DNA of 64,000 bases from Candidatus Multivoradales bacterium (GTDB lineage: Bacteria > Acidobacteriota > Thermoanaerobaculia > Multivoradales > Multivoraceae): contig CBDCWI010000002.1 in NCBI GenBank assembly GCA_965223325.1, positions 2,464,001-2,528,000 of the forward strand, in the 5' to 3' direction. The position numbers were made by a program, and so were the translations under genes. Shown here piece by piece: positions 63,421 to 64,000 of this stretch. Under the pieces are notes generated by a model. It saw only the letters and a program-made list of their open reading frames with translations, was not told the origin of the DNA and ran no database searches. Positions within the stretch are counted from its first letter, which is position 1. Every line of letters starts with the position of its first letter.

Positions 63421-64000
63421 CTACTCGCTCGCCGACTCGTCGTCGCCCTCTTCGGCTTCCGGTGGCAACAAGCTGGTGTCCTCGCCAAGCAACTTCAGCA
63501 CCGCCTTCTCACGCTGCATGCGGCCGCGAAGTTCGTCGAGACGACCGTCCTGGCCGAGCGCAGCGCGAACGGCCGCGGGTTGCTGACGCTCCGAAGCTGC
63601 GATCGACTGAATGGCCGACTCGAGCTCGACCTCTGTCACCTCGAGGTCGCCTTCGGCGGCAACCGCATCGAGCAGCAGGCGCGCCGCAACACGCCGCTCG
63701 GCGACCGGCCGGAACTGCTCACGCATCTCGTTCCAGTCGATACCGGCGTTCTCGAGATCCGCCCCGCGACGGACGAGGTCCTCGGCCCACTCGCGCAGCA
63801 TGTTCTCGACCTCGTGGTCGACCACCCCCACGGGTAGATCGACCGGATTGCGCTCGCGCAGCTGCTGGAGCATCGCGTTCTCACGTTCCTGGCGATTGCG
63901 CTGCGCGCGATCGCGCTTCATCCCAGAGCGGATATTGTCGCGCAAAGCGTCGAGATCTTCGAAGGGCCCTGCCTTCTTGGCCAACTCGTCGTCGATCGGC
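63421..64000 (-). CDS. tig: Trigger factor, C-terminal part (5' end outside the window)
   Basis: IDDELAK..G....L..LR, LP...VDHE, AERRV...LLL..VA; upstream of clpP. Confidence 0.9.
   Translation of the reverse strand, partial: PIDDELAKKAGPFEDLDALRDNIRSGMKRDRAQRNRQERENAMLQQLRERNPVDLPVGVVDHEVENMLREWAEDLVRRGADLENAGIDWNEMREQFRPVAERRVAARLLLDAVAAEGDLEVTEVELESAIQSIAASERQQPAAVRAALGQDGRLDELRGRMQREKAVLKLLGEDTSLLPPEAEEGDDESASE

Overview
High-GC bacterial chromosome segment, most likely Acidobacteriota (inferred from a Cys-rich insertion in RpoB; a C-terminal xxDxFES-type motif on a secreted protein is compatible with Thermoanaerobaculia). Most of it is housekeeping: rplM-rpsI-rpsB-tsf-pyrH-frr-rlmB-tRNAs...tuf-tRNA-Trp-secE-nusG-rplKAJL-rpoB; folD-coaE; argF; purB-rlpA; serA; moaC; HU; ftsK-fmt-rsmB; lat and pcd; tig-clpP-clpX-lon-yihA-rho. 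Three things stand out. (1) The Thr-Tyr-Gly-Thr tRNA cluster is split by about 7.4 kb of accessory DNA. Part of it is a ~3.7 kb integrase-less islet bounded by a duplicated tRNA-Gly 3' half, carrying a close acetylene hydratase homolog and a divergent HxlR regulator with paired palindromic operators. (2) Between lon and yihA is a 769-bp tandem array that repeats the first ten codons of yihA six times in two protein-level alleles. Each copy sits next to a perfect inverted copy of part of that coding sequence, and the copies are chained as ATGA-overlapping uORFs leading into the real start. (3) A 108-bp unit of similar design (target duplicate, inverted target copy, short GC hairpins with GNA loops) sits at the tRNA-Gly 3' end. 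Items 2 and 3 suggest a family of 'target-mirroring' repeats. All calls come from reading the sequence and from recalled family motifs; no searches were run.
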